Made by a program: the position numbers and the translations under genes. DNA of 64,000 bases from assembly GCF_009914755.1 (NCBI RefSeq), contig NC_060940.1. One strand, written 5' to 3'. How positions within the stretch are numbered: position 1 is the stretch's first letter; each line of letters begins with the position of its first letter. This stretch comes from the human T2T-CHM13v2.0 reference genome, Homo sapiens. The notes beneath the pieces were generated by a model. It was not told where the DNA came from and searched no databases. It worked only from the letters and a program-made list of their open reading frames with translations. Of the stretch, positions 1 to 13,214 are shown one piece after another.

Positions 1-3000
1 GATGACCAGATCCCACTCCCAGGAGAGGAAGTGCTCCCTGATAGGTGAGGGGACAGATTTGAGGCTGCATGTAAGGCTGGACAGAATCTCCCTGGGCCTA
101 GATTGCACCTGTGTTCACCTGGGAGCCTGGCACCAAGAGTGGCAGAGACAGACACAGAGCTGCTCAGTCTAGCAACAGAGGAGACAGAAGACAGGGGTGG
201 GAAGGCGCCATCTCAGACCCGTGCTGATGGGCAAGCCAGGCTCATGGCTGCAGGGAGAAAAAACATTCAATGCCACGACCTGAAGGCACAACCCAGAGCT
301 CCAGCCTCTGCATCCTCACACCCTCAGCCCCCACCCAGGGCCCAAGCAATGCAGACCAGGTCCTCTCTGATCACTGGCATTTTTCAGCCTGGGAGCCAGC
401 CTTCTAGAACATTTTCCTGCTCCCTCACATTGGGTCACTCAGGCACATTAACTTGCGCTTCTGTCTGTTCCCTTGTAGCTTCCCAGGCCCCCAGGACAGG
501 GCACAGAACATGGTCTTTAGCTTCTGCCTCTGCTGGATCTCCCAAGTAATCTTACCCGAATCACTGTTCTTAGCTATTCATTTCCAGAAAACAGGAAAGA
601 ACCTACGAGGCAAAGGCATCTCCTACAGATACAGGGTGGTCACCAATAGAATGGCCTGGGGTCCAAAAAAAGGCCAGTGAATGAAACTTAACAGAATCCA
701 GATGTGGCCTTGGCAGACACACGGCAGCCCCAAATGCCTCAGTCTGACTGGGCTTCCTTGATAGAATGTTGTTGGACACTGAGCGGGGCTGTCGTGCTTT
801 TATAAAGGGTTGAGTAAACCAGAGAAGACAGGAGAAACAGATCCTCTCCACAGACTCTAGAGAAACAGGGCCAACCATATCAAGTGGGGAGAGCCACGGC
901 TCATAAGCACTTTTCGGCAGCCCTGTCTTCCCCCATGAGCAAGGGGAAGAGGACATGGGCTTAATAGGAAATGGGGAAGAAGCAAGTCCCGACCAAAAGA
1001 TTCCATGCTGTGGCCACCCTCGGCCCGCCCTGCTGACCTGACAGGTTTCAGGTGAGTCAAGTCATTCAACCCCCAGCCCCTGTATATACATGGCGTTCAC
1101 ACAAGCTCACTCCTCTGCCCCCAGCCAGCAGAAAGCTGGTGTCCCAGCGCCACCTGCTGACTTTCCAGGCCTACCGCAGGGTGGCCAGTGGACTCTGCGT
1201 GAACATGCCCCAACTGTGGAAGAAAAAAATGAGGCAGCGCCCAGGCAAGGAAGCAAGTCAGGTGATGCCTCAGGAAGGCTTCAGTGAAGAATGACTAACA
1301 CCAGGGCTTCTACTGCCCTGAGCGACTCTTACCCACAAGTCTGGAATCAGGAAAACAGGTTACAACTGGGAGAGTCACCTAGAGCAGACCCGAGAAGGCT
1401 GCCCCAAAGGGCTGCCCCAAGTCCATTTTGGTACAGCTGCGTTGCCTTCCTTGTAGCCTCCCAGCACACAGACACTGGAGAAGATGGGAAGAGGAGGGCT
1501 AGAGCTGGGGGAAATGGAGGCCGTTTCAAATGAGAACATGCCTTGTGGCAGCTCCAGCCCACGACCCAGATGGAGCTCGCCCATCCTGAGGACAGTGCAG
1601 TAAGCACAGGGCAAAGGGGCAGGTGTAGGTCTCGCCTGTCCTCCCTTCTTCTTGAGAACAAGTGACAGACCAGCTGGGTTTCTGGGGTTTTGCTGTGTAT
1701 CTTTTTTAAAACCAGCTATCTGAGCGGTTTGGGGTAAGCTGGAGGGTAGAGAGCAACCGAGTGAGGTAAGACAACTTAGGCAAAGGTAGTCTGTGATTAG
1801 ATGACTCAACCTAAAAAAGAAGAAAAAGCAGCTCAGCAGAGAAGCACGGGCAGCTCCATCTGGGCTAATGACAGCGATGGGATTCTACCCTGGAGGGGTA
1901 AGGAGGAAACAAAAGATGCCTGTGGATCAAGTTCAGATCAGCAAAAATTCAGGGGGCTTCCACACAAACAGGGGCCCTCCTGTGACTGGCTGCTAACCAG
2001 CACTTTGGGCCTAACCTTGACCACCATTTAAACTGAATAAGGCAGAGAAGGCAGTGCAGGTCCTCTGAACACACAAACCCCAGCCCAGAGGGAGCTGCTG
2101 TCCCCAACACACTCCAAGACTCAAGAGGGCCTCTCGCTAGCTGTCCCCCTGAAGTGCAAGGTTGGCAGGAAGGGAACAGGAGCGACTGCCGGAGTTTTCC
2201 ACAAGCGGAAACCAGTGGCTCATCCAGTGTGGTCCCCTGGAGGTGGCCCCGATGCATCCATCTTCACAAACTCTCATAGCTCCTAAGACCTGAAAAGCTG
2301 GGCTGCTTGTCTAAAAAGCCCGACAAGTTCAACCCAGACATGCACCTAAAGCTGTCGCCGTCAGCCCGGGACAGCCCATTCAGTCACCAAAGGTTTCAGT
2401 GGCCCTTCATATGTGCCAGGCCCTTGGCACTGAGCTTAACAGTCTAAAGGGGAAGAGCCCAGGTTTTCCATGATGGGCAACCCTGTCAAGTGCCACGCCT
2501 CAGAGCTGCATATGCAGGCTGCCCTGGGACCTGAGGACAGCACTATGGGTCAGCCAGGGACATGGTGTGGGCCCCTCGGAACAGGCTCCACAGGGAAGCC
2601 TCAGAGATTCATGAAGAGGAGGTTCTGGCTGGGCCGGCAGCTGGAGGGGGTGTTCCGCACAGAGACCCCCAAAATGCTCAGAGAATTGAGTTGGGGGAGA
2701 GCATGTATTACGTGAGGCTCTCCCATGAGACCCACATGGCTGCTTCGTGACAGGGGGAGGCCGAAGCAGAGACTGTGGGGGAGCCGCGTCCTGGAGGATC
2801 CATGTGATAGCAAGCCACTGGAAGTGGGGTGCACAAGCCAAAGGGGGGAAGGCAGGTGGCAGGGAGCCCACTTGGTCTATATGGGATGGTGGTGGCCCCA
2901 AGGGTTGTGAGAGAGAGGCTTAGGAGGCGACATCTACAGGCTCTTTCATGGGTGGAGTCCAGCTCTGCAGGCTGAAGACTTCTTGAGGTTGGCTACCTGA

Positions 3001-4190
3001 AAACGTGAAAGTGCCTCACCCTGCTGGGCCACACACTGAGAAATGGCCATGATGGTTGGGCAGTCACATGGGACAAGAAGAAAGGGCAGATCAGCCCCAG
3101 GCTTCTGGGTCAAGTGATAGGACTGAGACAGTAGTGGCAGAGGCAGGACAAAAGCTCAGAAGGCTTTGGCTGGGAAGCTGGGACTCTCCCACTGCTATCC
3201 AGGCAGCAGCAGAAGACTATGGGGGCCAAGGGTACTGGCTTGCTTCTAGGTGTGATGTTTCCTTTCAGGCCAGGCCCCCTTTCCCAATTACAAGGGCTAC
3301 TCAGGGGTTCTCAGGCTAACCTCCTATGTGTCCTAAGCCCAGTCCCACTGAAAACTTGTGCTAAGCACCAGGCTTTCTCCGGAACATGCTCCCCTCCTTG
3401 GCCACTAACCTGCTCACATCCTCCTTCTTGATCTTGCCTCCCTCTTCCTTCTGCTCCCCGATCTTCTATTGCTCTGCTGGAGGCTGGAATCCATCCTGTC
3501 ATCACATTCCCTCTGTCCCAGCCTCAATACCTCTGTGAAGCCAGCAACCCAAGCTCAACTGCCCGGAAGCACCCTATCCTGATCATCTGCTAGGCCTCCC
3601 CTGCTCAACCCTGCTCTCCCTGTCCCCTCCTTTCCTTGCTGTCCCCAGGCCTGGCCAGAAGTCCCACTCTGCAACCAGCCCTCACACCTAGCATGATAGT
3701 GTTACTCCATGGGCAGCCAGAGCTCCCTTTCCAGCAGGGGGCTGCGTCCTGGCATTCCGAAAGCCCAGAGCAGAACCAAGATCATCTCAGACTCCCAGAG
3801 ACTGGAAAAGCCTGCTGATTCAACTCCACGTGGGCCTCTCAGCTCTGTCCCCTCAACCCCACTTCTGCTACCACTGCCCCAGTTCAGGTTCCCAGCAAGT
3901 CTCACTGACAACCTCCAACTTGGTCTCCCCACTTCAGGCTCTCCTGCTCCACTCCATCCCATACACCCTTGCAAAATATTAATCCACACAGGTGACTGCA
4001 TCCCAGCAGTACTGGAATACCCACTAGGCAGGCTCTCTACCACTCAGAAAAGTTGCATACGAAGTCTGGAGCCCTTAACTCCTAACCATCTAACCTGCTC
4101 AGGCCATGAGTACCTGCTCACGCCATGAGTACCTGCTCGCGTTCAAGAACTGAGCCTCTCCGTGGGACATAAAGAATGTGGAAAGAAAGG

Positions 4191-4520
4191 GGGTGGGTGT
4201 GGTGGCTCATGCCTGTACTCTCAGCACTTTGGGAGGCCGAGGTGGGCGGATCACACGAGGACAGGAGTAGGAGATGACCAGCCTGGCCAACATGGCGAAA
4301 CCCTCTCTCTACTAAAAATACAAAAATTAGCCAGGCGTGGTGGCATGTGACTGTAGTCCCAGCTACTTGGGAGGCTGAGACATGAGAACTGCTTGAACCC
4401 AGGAAGCGGAGGCTGCAGTAAGCCGAGATTGTGCCACTGCCCTCCGGCCTCGGCGACACAGAGAGACTGTGTCTCAAAAAAAAAAAAAAAAAAAAAAAGA
4501 AAAAGAAAAAAGAAAAAAAA
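4191..4520 (+). mobile_element. Alu (AluS-like), full length
   Basis: GGTGGCTCATGCCTGTA...CAGCCTGGCCAACATGG...CTACTAAAAATACAAAAATTAGCC, with a poly-A tail at 4476-4520. Confidence 0.95.
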
Positions 4521-4707
4521 TCAACAACAACGACAAAGAAACAGACAGATAATAGGAGTGGCACGGGTGCTCCAAGAGGATCAGGAGGCCCAAAGAAAAC
4601 GGACTAGCTGAGGCCACTGTTTATGACGTCAGAAACAGAGCTGCAGTCTCGACATCCGCCATTGAGGAATTGGGTAGACACTCAGGAACACTCAAGAACA
4701 CTGGAGA

Positions 4708-4976
4708 GGCCAGGCACAGTGGCTGATGCCTGTAATCCTAGCACTTTGGGAGGATGAGGTGGGAGGATTTCTTGAGCCCAGCAGTTTGAGATCAGCTTGG
4801 GCAACAGAGCAAGACTCTGTCTCTACAAAATATTTAAAAATTAGGACGTGGTGGCACGTGCCTATAGTCCCAGCTACTCGGGAGGCTGAGGCAAAAGGGC
4901 AGGGCTGCAGTGAGCCATGATCACACCAATGCACTCCAGCCTGGGTGATGGAGTGAGAACTTGTCTCAAAAATAAG

Positions 4977-5015
<39 letters not shown>

Positions 5016-5016
5016 A
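4708..5016 (+). mobile_element. Alu (AluJ-like) with (TAAA)n tail
   Basis: GGCCAGGCACAGTGGCT...GGGAGGATTTCTTGAGCCCAG (J-type); (TAAA)n at ~4975-5016. Confidence 0.9.
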
Positions 5017-5169
5017 TATGTTGGAAACAGGTCAGTTGTCCCAGAAAAACATTCATGATAAACTGAGTAGAACATTCAAGTCACCAAGGGGCATTTAAAG
5101 CATGTGGTGCTTTAAAGCCCCATGGTTAACTTTTTTTAAACATGGGAATGTTTTTGAAAAGCATGTGGA

Positions 5170-5188
5170 GGCTGGGCGTGGTGGCTCA
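5170..5188 (+). mobile_element. Truncated Alu 5' head (19 bp)
   Basis: GGCTGGGCGTGGTGGCTCA followed abruptly by non-Alu sequence. Confidence 0.6.
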
Positions 5189-5384
5189 GGTGCCACACCC
5201 TCCCATGTTCCCATCCAGTAGCCTGATCCAAAAAAGCCATGAGGTTGGTCTTGCGTGACTTCTTAGAAAAGGAAATGGTGATCCCAGGGATCAGTGTGGA
5301 TTCACCAGTTGCCCATAAGCGATCTAGTTAATCATTTCTGGAATTTTGCCAGAAATATATACTCCTTGCTAGTCTAAGAGTTAA

Positions 5385-8300
5385 GGCTAGAACCAAGACA
5401 GGGGCAAAGGCCGGGGCAGATCTAGGGCACAAGCAGGGCAGGCTAGGGCAGGGCAATGGCAAGACCAGGCCATGGCAGGGCCAGCCCAGGATAGAACAGG
5501 GCACAGGCAGGGCAGGGCCAGGGCCATGGCTGGGGCAGGACAAGGACCAGGACCGGGGTCCAGGCCAGGGCAAGGGTATGGCCAGGGTAGAGGTAGGGCC
5601 AGAGCCAGGGTCTGGGCAGGACCAAGGCAGGTCCATTGCAGGGCCAGGGTTCAGACCAGGGCCAGAGCAGGGCTGGGACAAGGCCAGGGCCAGGACCAGG
5701 AAAGGGCAATGTCAGGACAAGGGCAATGGCAGGACCAGCAATGGGGCTAGGGCCAGGACAGGGACAGGGACAGGGTCAGGGCTAGGGCCAGAATAGCATG
5801 CCGGGGTAGAGCCAGGCCAAAGTAGGGCCAGGACAGGGTCAGGACCAGGGCTGGGCCAGGGTATGGCCTTAAGTAGCAAAGGGCCAGGGCAAGGGTCCAT
5901 GCCAGTGCCAGCGCCAGTCCAGGGCAGAGGCAGGGCCATGGCCAGGTCTAGGACAAGGCTAGGGAAGGGCCAAGGTCTGGGTCAGGGTCAGCACAAGACC
6001 AGGACAGAGCCAAGGGAGGGACAGGGCCATGGTAGGACCAGGTTAAATCAAGGACAACACACCTGCAAATCCACTTCAGGGCCAGGGTCAGGGCAGGGCC
6101 AGTTCAGGGCCAGGGCCAAGACAGGGCGAGGGCCAGGGCTGTCAGGGTCATTGGCAGGGCCAGGGCCATGGCAGGACCAGGGTCAGGAGCAGGGGTCAAT
6201 GCCAGGCCAAGGCCACAGATAGGACCAGGTCTGTGCTAGGGCCAGTGTGAGGGCCAAGGCGGGGTCAGGGCAGGGCCAAAGGGAGGGCAGGGCCAGGGCA
6301 GGGTGGAGCAGGCCCAGGGTAGCACAGGGTTAAGGTAGGGCACGACCAACCAGGGCAGGTCTATGGATGGGGCCGGGGCAGGGCCAGGGCCGGGGCAGGG
6401 CCAGAGCCAGGGCAGGGCCAAGACAGTGGCAGCTCCAGGGCAGGGCCAGGGTTAGGACCATGGACATGTCCAAGGCCAGTGCCAGGGCAAGGGCAAGGGC
6501 AGGGGCAGGGCCACGGTCATCTAAGAACCAGGGACAAAGCCAGGCCCAGAGCAGGGCCAGGACAGGTACCTGGCAGGGCTAGGGTCTGGGACAGGGTCAT
6601 GGCAGGGCCAGGGCCACAACCAGGTCTGTGTTATGGCCAGGTCCAACACAGTGCCCAGGTAAGGCTAGGGTGAAGGCCAAGGTAGGGCCAGGGCAGGGCC
6701 AAAGCCAGCCTAGGGCCAAGGCAGGGCCAGGGCCGGCAAGGCAGGGCCAGGAAAGAATAGGGCCAAGGCAGGGCAGGGCCAGGCCAGTGCCAGGACCTGG
6801 GCAGGGCCAGGGAACAGCCAGAGCAGGGCCAGGGCCAGGGCCATGGCCATGGCCTGGGCAGGACCAGGTTCAGGGCAGGAGCAAAACAAGGGCAAGGACA
6901 GTGCAGGTTCTTGGCACAGCCAGGGTCCAGGACAGTGTCAGGGCATGGCCAAGGCAGGGTCTGGGCCATGGTAAGACCAGCAACAGGGCTGGGGCTAGGC
7001 CAGTGACAGTGACAGGACCAGAGTCAGGGCAAGCGCCAGAGCAGTGCAAGGCCAGGGTAGGGCCAGGCATTTCAGGGTCAGGGCCAGAGGAGAACCAGGG
7101 CAAGGTCTCAAGCGGGGAAGGGCCAGGGCCAGGACAGGTCCAGGGCAGGGCCATGACAGGGCCAGGGGCTGCGTTAGGGCAAGGGCAGGGCCAGAGCAAG
7201 GTAAGGGTCAGGGCCAAGGCCAGGGTAGGGACAGGGCAAGAAATATGGCAGGACTAGGGGCAATGCCAAGGCCAAGGCTGGGCCAGGGCTGAGTCAGGGC
7301 TGAGTCAGGGCAGCGCAGGAGAGGGCATGGTATGGCCAGTGCAGGACAGGACAAGAGCCGGTCCACAGAGAGAGCAGGGCTGATGCCAAGAAAGAGCCAG
7401 GCTAGTGCCAAGGCTGAGGCAGTGTCAGAGCATGTCCAGGGCAGGGCTGGGGCCAGGGCCAGAACGGAGCCAGGGCACAGCCAAGGCAGGGTAGGGCAGG
7501 GAAATAGTATGGCCGGGTCAGTACTGGGACAGGGCAGAGCAGGGCAAGGTGATGGTAGGGGCAGGGCAGGGACAGACCAATGCAGAGCCATGTTACGCCG
7601 GGGCCAGGACACCTCCAAGTCCACTTCAGGGCCAGGGCTATGGCAGGACAAAGACCAGGGCCAGGGTCAGGGCCAGGTCTGTGCTAGGGCCAGCTCCAGA
7701 GCAGGGCCTAGCGAAGACTAAGGTGAGGGTCAAGGTAAGGCCAGGGCAGGGTCAAAGGCAGAGTAGGGCCAGGGCAGGGTGAGGACACATCCAGAGCACA
7801 GCAGGGCAGGGTGATGGCAAGACCAGGGGCAGACCACTGCCAGCTCAGGGCCAGGGAAAGGCCAGTGCTGAGCCAGGAAAGGGTCTGGGTCTGGGTCAGG
7901 GCCAGGACAAAGGCAGAGGAGGGCCAGGGCCATGGCAGAGTCAGGGCAGGTCCTTGACAGGACCAGGTTCCAGGCCAGAGCCAGGGCAGCAGCAGGGGCA
8001 GGGCCTGGATAAGGGCAGGGCCAGGGATATGGCAGGACCAGGGCTAGGGCCAGGGCCAGGCCATAGTGAGGGCAGGGCAAAAGCCAAGGCAGGGTCAGGT
8101 CAGGTCCAGGGAGCGGCCAGCACCAAGCGGGGCCAAGGCACAACCAGCGCAGGGTAAGGCAGGGCAATGGCACCACTGGGCCATGACAGGGCAAGGTCAG
8201 TGTCAGGAGAGGGCAGAACAGGAAGGCCCATGGTGGGGCCAGGGCAGGGACGGGCCAAAGCAAGGCCAGGACATGTCCAAGGCCCGGTCAGGGCCAGAAC

Positions 8301-8600
8301 AGGAGCAGGACCGTGACCATTGGCAGGGCCAGCGCCATGACAGGACCAGGGTCAGGACAAGAGGCAGGGCCAGAGCCAGGGCCAGAGCCAAGGTCAGGCC
8401 AGTGCAGGTTCAGGGCAGGGCCAGTGCCAGGGCAAGACCAGGGCAGGGACAGGGTAGCACAGGGCCAAGACAGTGTCAGGATGGGACCAGAGCAGGACAG
8501 GGCCTAGAGTCCAGGTAACAGTAGGGCAGGTACAGGGCAAGGCAGGGCAGTAAAGGGCCAGATCCACGGCAGGGGCAGGGCAAAGACAGGCCCATTGCCA
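5385..8600 (+). repeat. CAGGG / CCAGGG degenerate G-rich array (Ig switch-like pericentromeric repeat)
   Basis: ~3.2 kb dominated by CAGGG, CCAGGG and GGCAGG units, with strong G skew on the + strand. Confidence 0.92.
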
Positions 8601-9735
8601 ATGCACCAGCCCTCCCTACAAAGCTCCTACGGCCTGGCCACTGCTGCAGCCCATCCATCGCTGTAAGCCTGACCCCCAACCCTGGCTGCAGCCGCCTGCC
8701 CTCCTAGCACAGCCGCTCTCCTACCGCTCTGGCGCACTGCAGTCTCCGTCGCTGCCACCCACTCGCAGCGAGGCGAGCTGTGGTGTCGCAGGCTCTGGGT
8801 GTCTCCTCCTCCTCCTGGCATGGAGCAGCTGGGCGGGCAAAGCCAGAAAAGCCTAGAGGAAGATGTGAGGGGTGGAAGGGTTAGAGCCTCAACTTGTCAT
8901 GCTGGCCACTGGGTGGCAGGGGCCAGTTTCAGCAAAGGCACTCACATCCACCCTCCAAAGTCCAGCCTCTCCTTTTGGCCCAAGCTGGCCGGGAACTGGG
9001 GTCTGGGGTGGGTGCTGGAGACACCACAGCACCCAGCTCCCCACTCCACAGAAACCACTGGGCCCACCGGGTCTGCACTCCTCGGGGAGCAGGAGAAGCA
9101 GAAAAATTCAGACCCAGCCAGCCCTCCACACGCAGGTGCCAATTCCTGTTCCGAACGCCTCCACACACAGTGCCCTGTCTCCCGTGGTGTCCCCAGGGGT
9201 GCCTGGCAGCCTCTGAGGCACAGACCCAGAGTGCACAGGCCCAGGAACCACGGTGGGTGTGGGGGCTCTGCTGTGCTCAGGATTCCCATGCAAACGCTGT
9301 GCGCCTGCCGCACTCCAGTATGACCAAGTGTGGGTCGCCCTCTGGAGTGTGGAGTCAGGGAGAGGAGAACCACTCCTTCCTTGGATGCCAACTCTGCTGA
9401 CCACTGCCAGCAGTACAGCCCCTGATAGCACCAAGCTCACCCCCCCACAGCTAGTCCTGCCCTCAATAGCACCCCCCACCTCCATCCCCCAATGCCGCCA
9501 GTAGCGTATACCAAATAGTGCCCTAACCTGTCCTCCTCCACGGGCATTGCAGCCCCAGAAAACACCCATAACCCACCCTCTCTGCCGTGGGCAGTGCAGC
9601 CCTGTACAGTGCTACCAACCAGTACCCCTAATGCAGGCAATGACACCCTGGATAGCGTCCCCAACCTACCCTACACTGTGACCTAAGGTGCAGCCCTGGA
9701 TAGCCCCTGTCCTGCCACTCTGGTGGTGCTGCACA
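8600..9735. repeat. GC-rich REP522-like segment ending in a degenerate ~46-bp tandem repeat
   Basis: Seven units resembling GCAGTGCAGCCCTGGATAGCGCCCCAACC at ~9411, 9451, 9499, 9544, 9591, 9637 and 9685. The REP522 family name is from recollection. Confidence 0.55.
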
Positions 9736-12359
9736 TCAGCCATCCAAGAGTGAGATGCTAATGCTCCAAGTCCTAATCTCATTTGAGGAAATGCATGCCC
9801 TGCTCCACTTCCAAACACTTTGTAGACAGAGGTCCTTTCACTGAAGAACAAGCACCCACAGGACATGCTCCTCACAGTGAACCCACATTTGATTAGCATG
9901 GAGACAATTGGGATCATTTCTGGGACCATTACTGTCTATGACACTGAGCAGATGCCTTTGCCTCATCCTGGTTTCATCAGGCACTAGCACAGCCCACTGG
10001 GGGCTCTGATGAAGTGACCGCTGGATGTCCCATGTGAGTATCCAGCAGGCCCCATGGACAAGCTCTGAGATCTTCTGGGTGCTACTGAGACAGTGTCTTC
10101 AACATCTGCCTGAGATCCTAAGATCTTCAATAGAAGACTCTTGGTTTACTGATTTGGCTTGTGATGTGTGATTGGTGCTGATTTTCTCATAGACTGACAA
10201 TGGCAATGAGGTGTTGGAATAATAATTTGGAGTTCTTCATGAACTCCCAGCTCTCAAAATAATTTCCAAGGAATTGGTGTTTTGAGTAAGTTTGGGTTTT
10301 ATTTCTCATTCTATTTAAAATAATTTTGTGACATATTTATATCAGGAAACACAAGACACTCCAATGAGAAAGCTGTTTTTATGTGAGGTACAAAGCACTG
10401 GAGAGATGGAGATGTCCTTGAATTCTCAGAATTGCTAGAACTTGAATACCAAGGTCACCTCTGAATGGCAGTAGTCTGTCTGTGAGGACATCAATCAGCT
10501 CTGCCTTTAGGAATTTTTGAATGTGTGGACAAGATCAAGAGTGTGATTTATTTTTATCCATCCTGGTTAGAGGGAAACTTCCAGTCCCAGGAAGTGGGTG
10601 ATTTTAACTGAAACACCTGAGAGCTGCCATTCTGAGCAGTTTTGAACCCTGAGATCTATTGAAGATCTTTGGAGAAAGCAGTGGGGCCTATCTGCATTCT
10701 CCTCAACGTGTGATCCTGAGGATGTGGCCTAATTTCTGTACACTTTCATGTTAAAAGATGTAGATGGCAGACTGAAGTGACAATTTCATATGCAAACTCT
10801 ATAATAGGTCATAACTGGAGAATAGTCTCATCACCAAGATTACTTCACTTACTTTCCTGGGAACCAGGGAGAACCTCCGTGAGCCCTCCCATCTGAGCAC
10901 ACAAAGAACTCTGCTCCTGCCCTGACAGATCACACCTGTGACACGGGTACTTGAGGACAACAAGAATCAAGTCTATTGTCCTCATTCATATATTGACCAA
11001 TCTAGCTTGATCCTTCTGTCTCTGAAAGGCCTCTCCTCCACTGAATTGCATGAACATACCTTCTGGTGAGGGGCATTGCAACTTTGGTATTTGATATTAG
11101 TTTAGTGAATTACATAATAAATATGCATCCATGGATTTTGGTAACAGGAGAGTCATCAGAAGCTGGGTGAGTCATATAATCAGGACAAACCTGGGCTCTC
11201 TTCTTAGTACCTGGAAAAAGTGGGCTGACCTTCTGTGGGGCAACAGAGGGGAAGAGACAGACCAAACTTCCAGAACCAGGTGAGCTCCTCACTTTCCAGG
11301 TGGTCTCTGAGCCTTTTGTTTGAACCCATGCAGAAGGACCTGTCCTCGCCTTCAGTGAAATGGCAAAGTTGCAGAAAAGATCACAGTGACCAATAATTTT
11401 TACTTACAGAGATAAAAGTGTCATAGACCTGTAAACATCAATGTGGGTGTGTATACGGTTTGCTAGGGTGTTCTCATACACCCACAAAAAATGAAATTAT
11501 ATTTTCTGGAAAGAAAACCAAAGGGCTTCTGAATTTGTAGGTTTTGTTATTCTCATATATGCCAGCTCCCATTTTAGGATGCTGCTCCCTAGGAACCAGG
11601 ACATCGGCCCTCTGACCCTGATGACAGAACGAGCTGCTGAGGCTCAGTTCTGGACAAGAGCTACTGATAAGAGACTCACTTCCTCCACACAGCCCCACTC
11701 ATGGCTGGAGGCTCTTCCCTGGGTGCAGCACCACAGAGGACATTGGGTCCCTGGTTCACAGCCCTGCTCCTGTGGCAGAGAGTCCACCCCAGCAAGAACT
11801 GCTTGCTGATAAAGTGGGAAACTTCTCCCCAACCCTCCGCTGAGCAGTCAGAGCCTATGCTGAGGGAGGAAAAAGCTCATCTGTCTCCATCTGCAGAAAC
11901 TTACTTAGGAGCTCTGTCCCAGGAAAGAGGGGCTGCTGTAATTTAGCCATAATATAGAATCTTGAATCTGGTCTTAAACTACCTACATTCGTTTACAATA
12001 GAATGTGGAAAAGTTCAAAGCTTGAGTGTGCTCTCCAAAATATTGGAGGCTGTGGTGAAAGGAAGGCCCTTGGAAAGAAACAGGTGGATGCATGGGAGAC
12101 AATGGCTAAACTGCAGGCCTGCTGGCTGGCTGGCTGGAGAAAACCAAGGAGGGAGAGACCTGGAGTTCTTCTGGGGTCAGAACAAATATCAGACACTCTT
12201 CAAACAAGCCCAGTTTTGTCTGTATTAGTCTGTGATGCAATTCAAACCTTAGTGCTTTGTTAAAAAGAACAGAATTTTCAATCTGCAAGTGGTGGAATTC
12301 AACATCTGGGCCTGGTCAGGAAAGAGACAGAGAAAGCTCAGCCCATACAACTGATATCT

Positions 12360-12571
12360 GAGAATGGCAGTGTTTCTTACAACTATGTCCCTTTGGTCGT
12401 TGAGACTGGCTTCTCTCAATTAGTGTAATGTCTGGAGTTCACTTGTAATAGTTTGTGTATCAGTCATTTGTTAGTTTTTATGCTGATGGTATTCAATGTA
12501 TAGATGGTGCCTACCTTCTTTGCCCATTCGAATTTTCATACATTCATGTTATTTTTAGTTTCTAACACATG

Positions 12572-12602
<31 letters not shown>

Positions 12603-13200
12603 TGTTGAATATTTGCATAGAGGTTTTGTTTGAATATAAAATTATATTTCTCTGAAGCAAATATTCAGGAGGGGGATTTTTAGGTAATGTGTTAAGGGCA
12701 TATATAATTTTACAAGAAACTAAGAATTATTTTCCTGTGTAGCTGTTTCTATTTCCATTCCCATTAGCAATGTTTTAGACTCTGGAAACCTGGTATGCTC
12801 ACCAGCATTGGTGTGATCCATCTTTCTTCTTAATTTCAGCCATTCTAAAAAGGGTGTTTGGGTATCTTATAGTGGTCTTGATTTGAATTTCTCTGATGAA
12901 AAATCCTGTTGAGATCCTGTTTATATGCCTATGTGTAATCTGTACATCTTCTTTAATGAAATGCCTGCACAAAACTTTGCCTATTTTATCCACGGGTTGC
13001 CTCTTCTTTTATTCACTGTTGAGTTTTGAAGTTTCTTACTATAATTACACAGGTGGTGATATGATTTGCAAATCTTCTCATCTAAAACTTGACATTCATT
13101 CTCTTAAAATCACTTGAGTACAAAAGGATTTTAAGTTAAATGAAGTTCAACTGATATTAATTTCATTTATTGATCATGATTTAAACTTTAATTTTCAAGA
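12360..13200 (-). mobile_element. Old, highly diverged L1 (L1M-type) fragments
   Basis: Minus-strand translation resembles the ORF2 C-terminus (IREIQIKTTIRY...RMAEIKK); L1 3'-like antisense motifs. Confidence 0.6.
12572..12600. repeat. (CA)n microsatellite
   Basis: ~14 perfect CA units. Confidence 0.95.
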
Positions 13201-13214
13201 TCTTTGGTCAACTA

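Larger units (their letters stand above)
1..5188. other. GC-rich non-coding block, probably intronic paralog of the Xq28 BCAP31/SLC6A8 duplicon
   Basis: Seen: GC-rich unique sequence with Alus and no recognisable ORF, ending just before a CAGGG array. Identity is inferred only from context: an IGHV2 orphon nearby, and CAGGG repeats known at the Xq28/16p11 duplication boundary. No BCAP31 exon recognised. Confidence 0.35.

Noticed and set aside
1-4150. Possible exons (minus-strand acceptor-like sites near 1810, 2290 and 2997) and short ORFs
   Set aside because: No recognisable protein similarity in any frame I translated, and no BCAP31 or SLC6A8 coding sequence seen.
5328-8680. Many Gly/Gln/Pro/Arg-rich ORFs on both strands
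   Set aside because: These are translations of the CAGGG array, open in several frames because the repeat has few stops.
9740-12350. Possible second degenerate IGHV pseudogene downstream of the orphon
   Set aside because: I could not identify a leader, framework motifs or an RSS.
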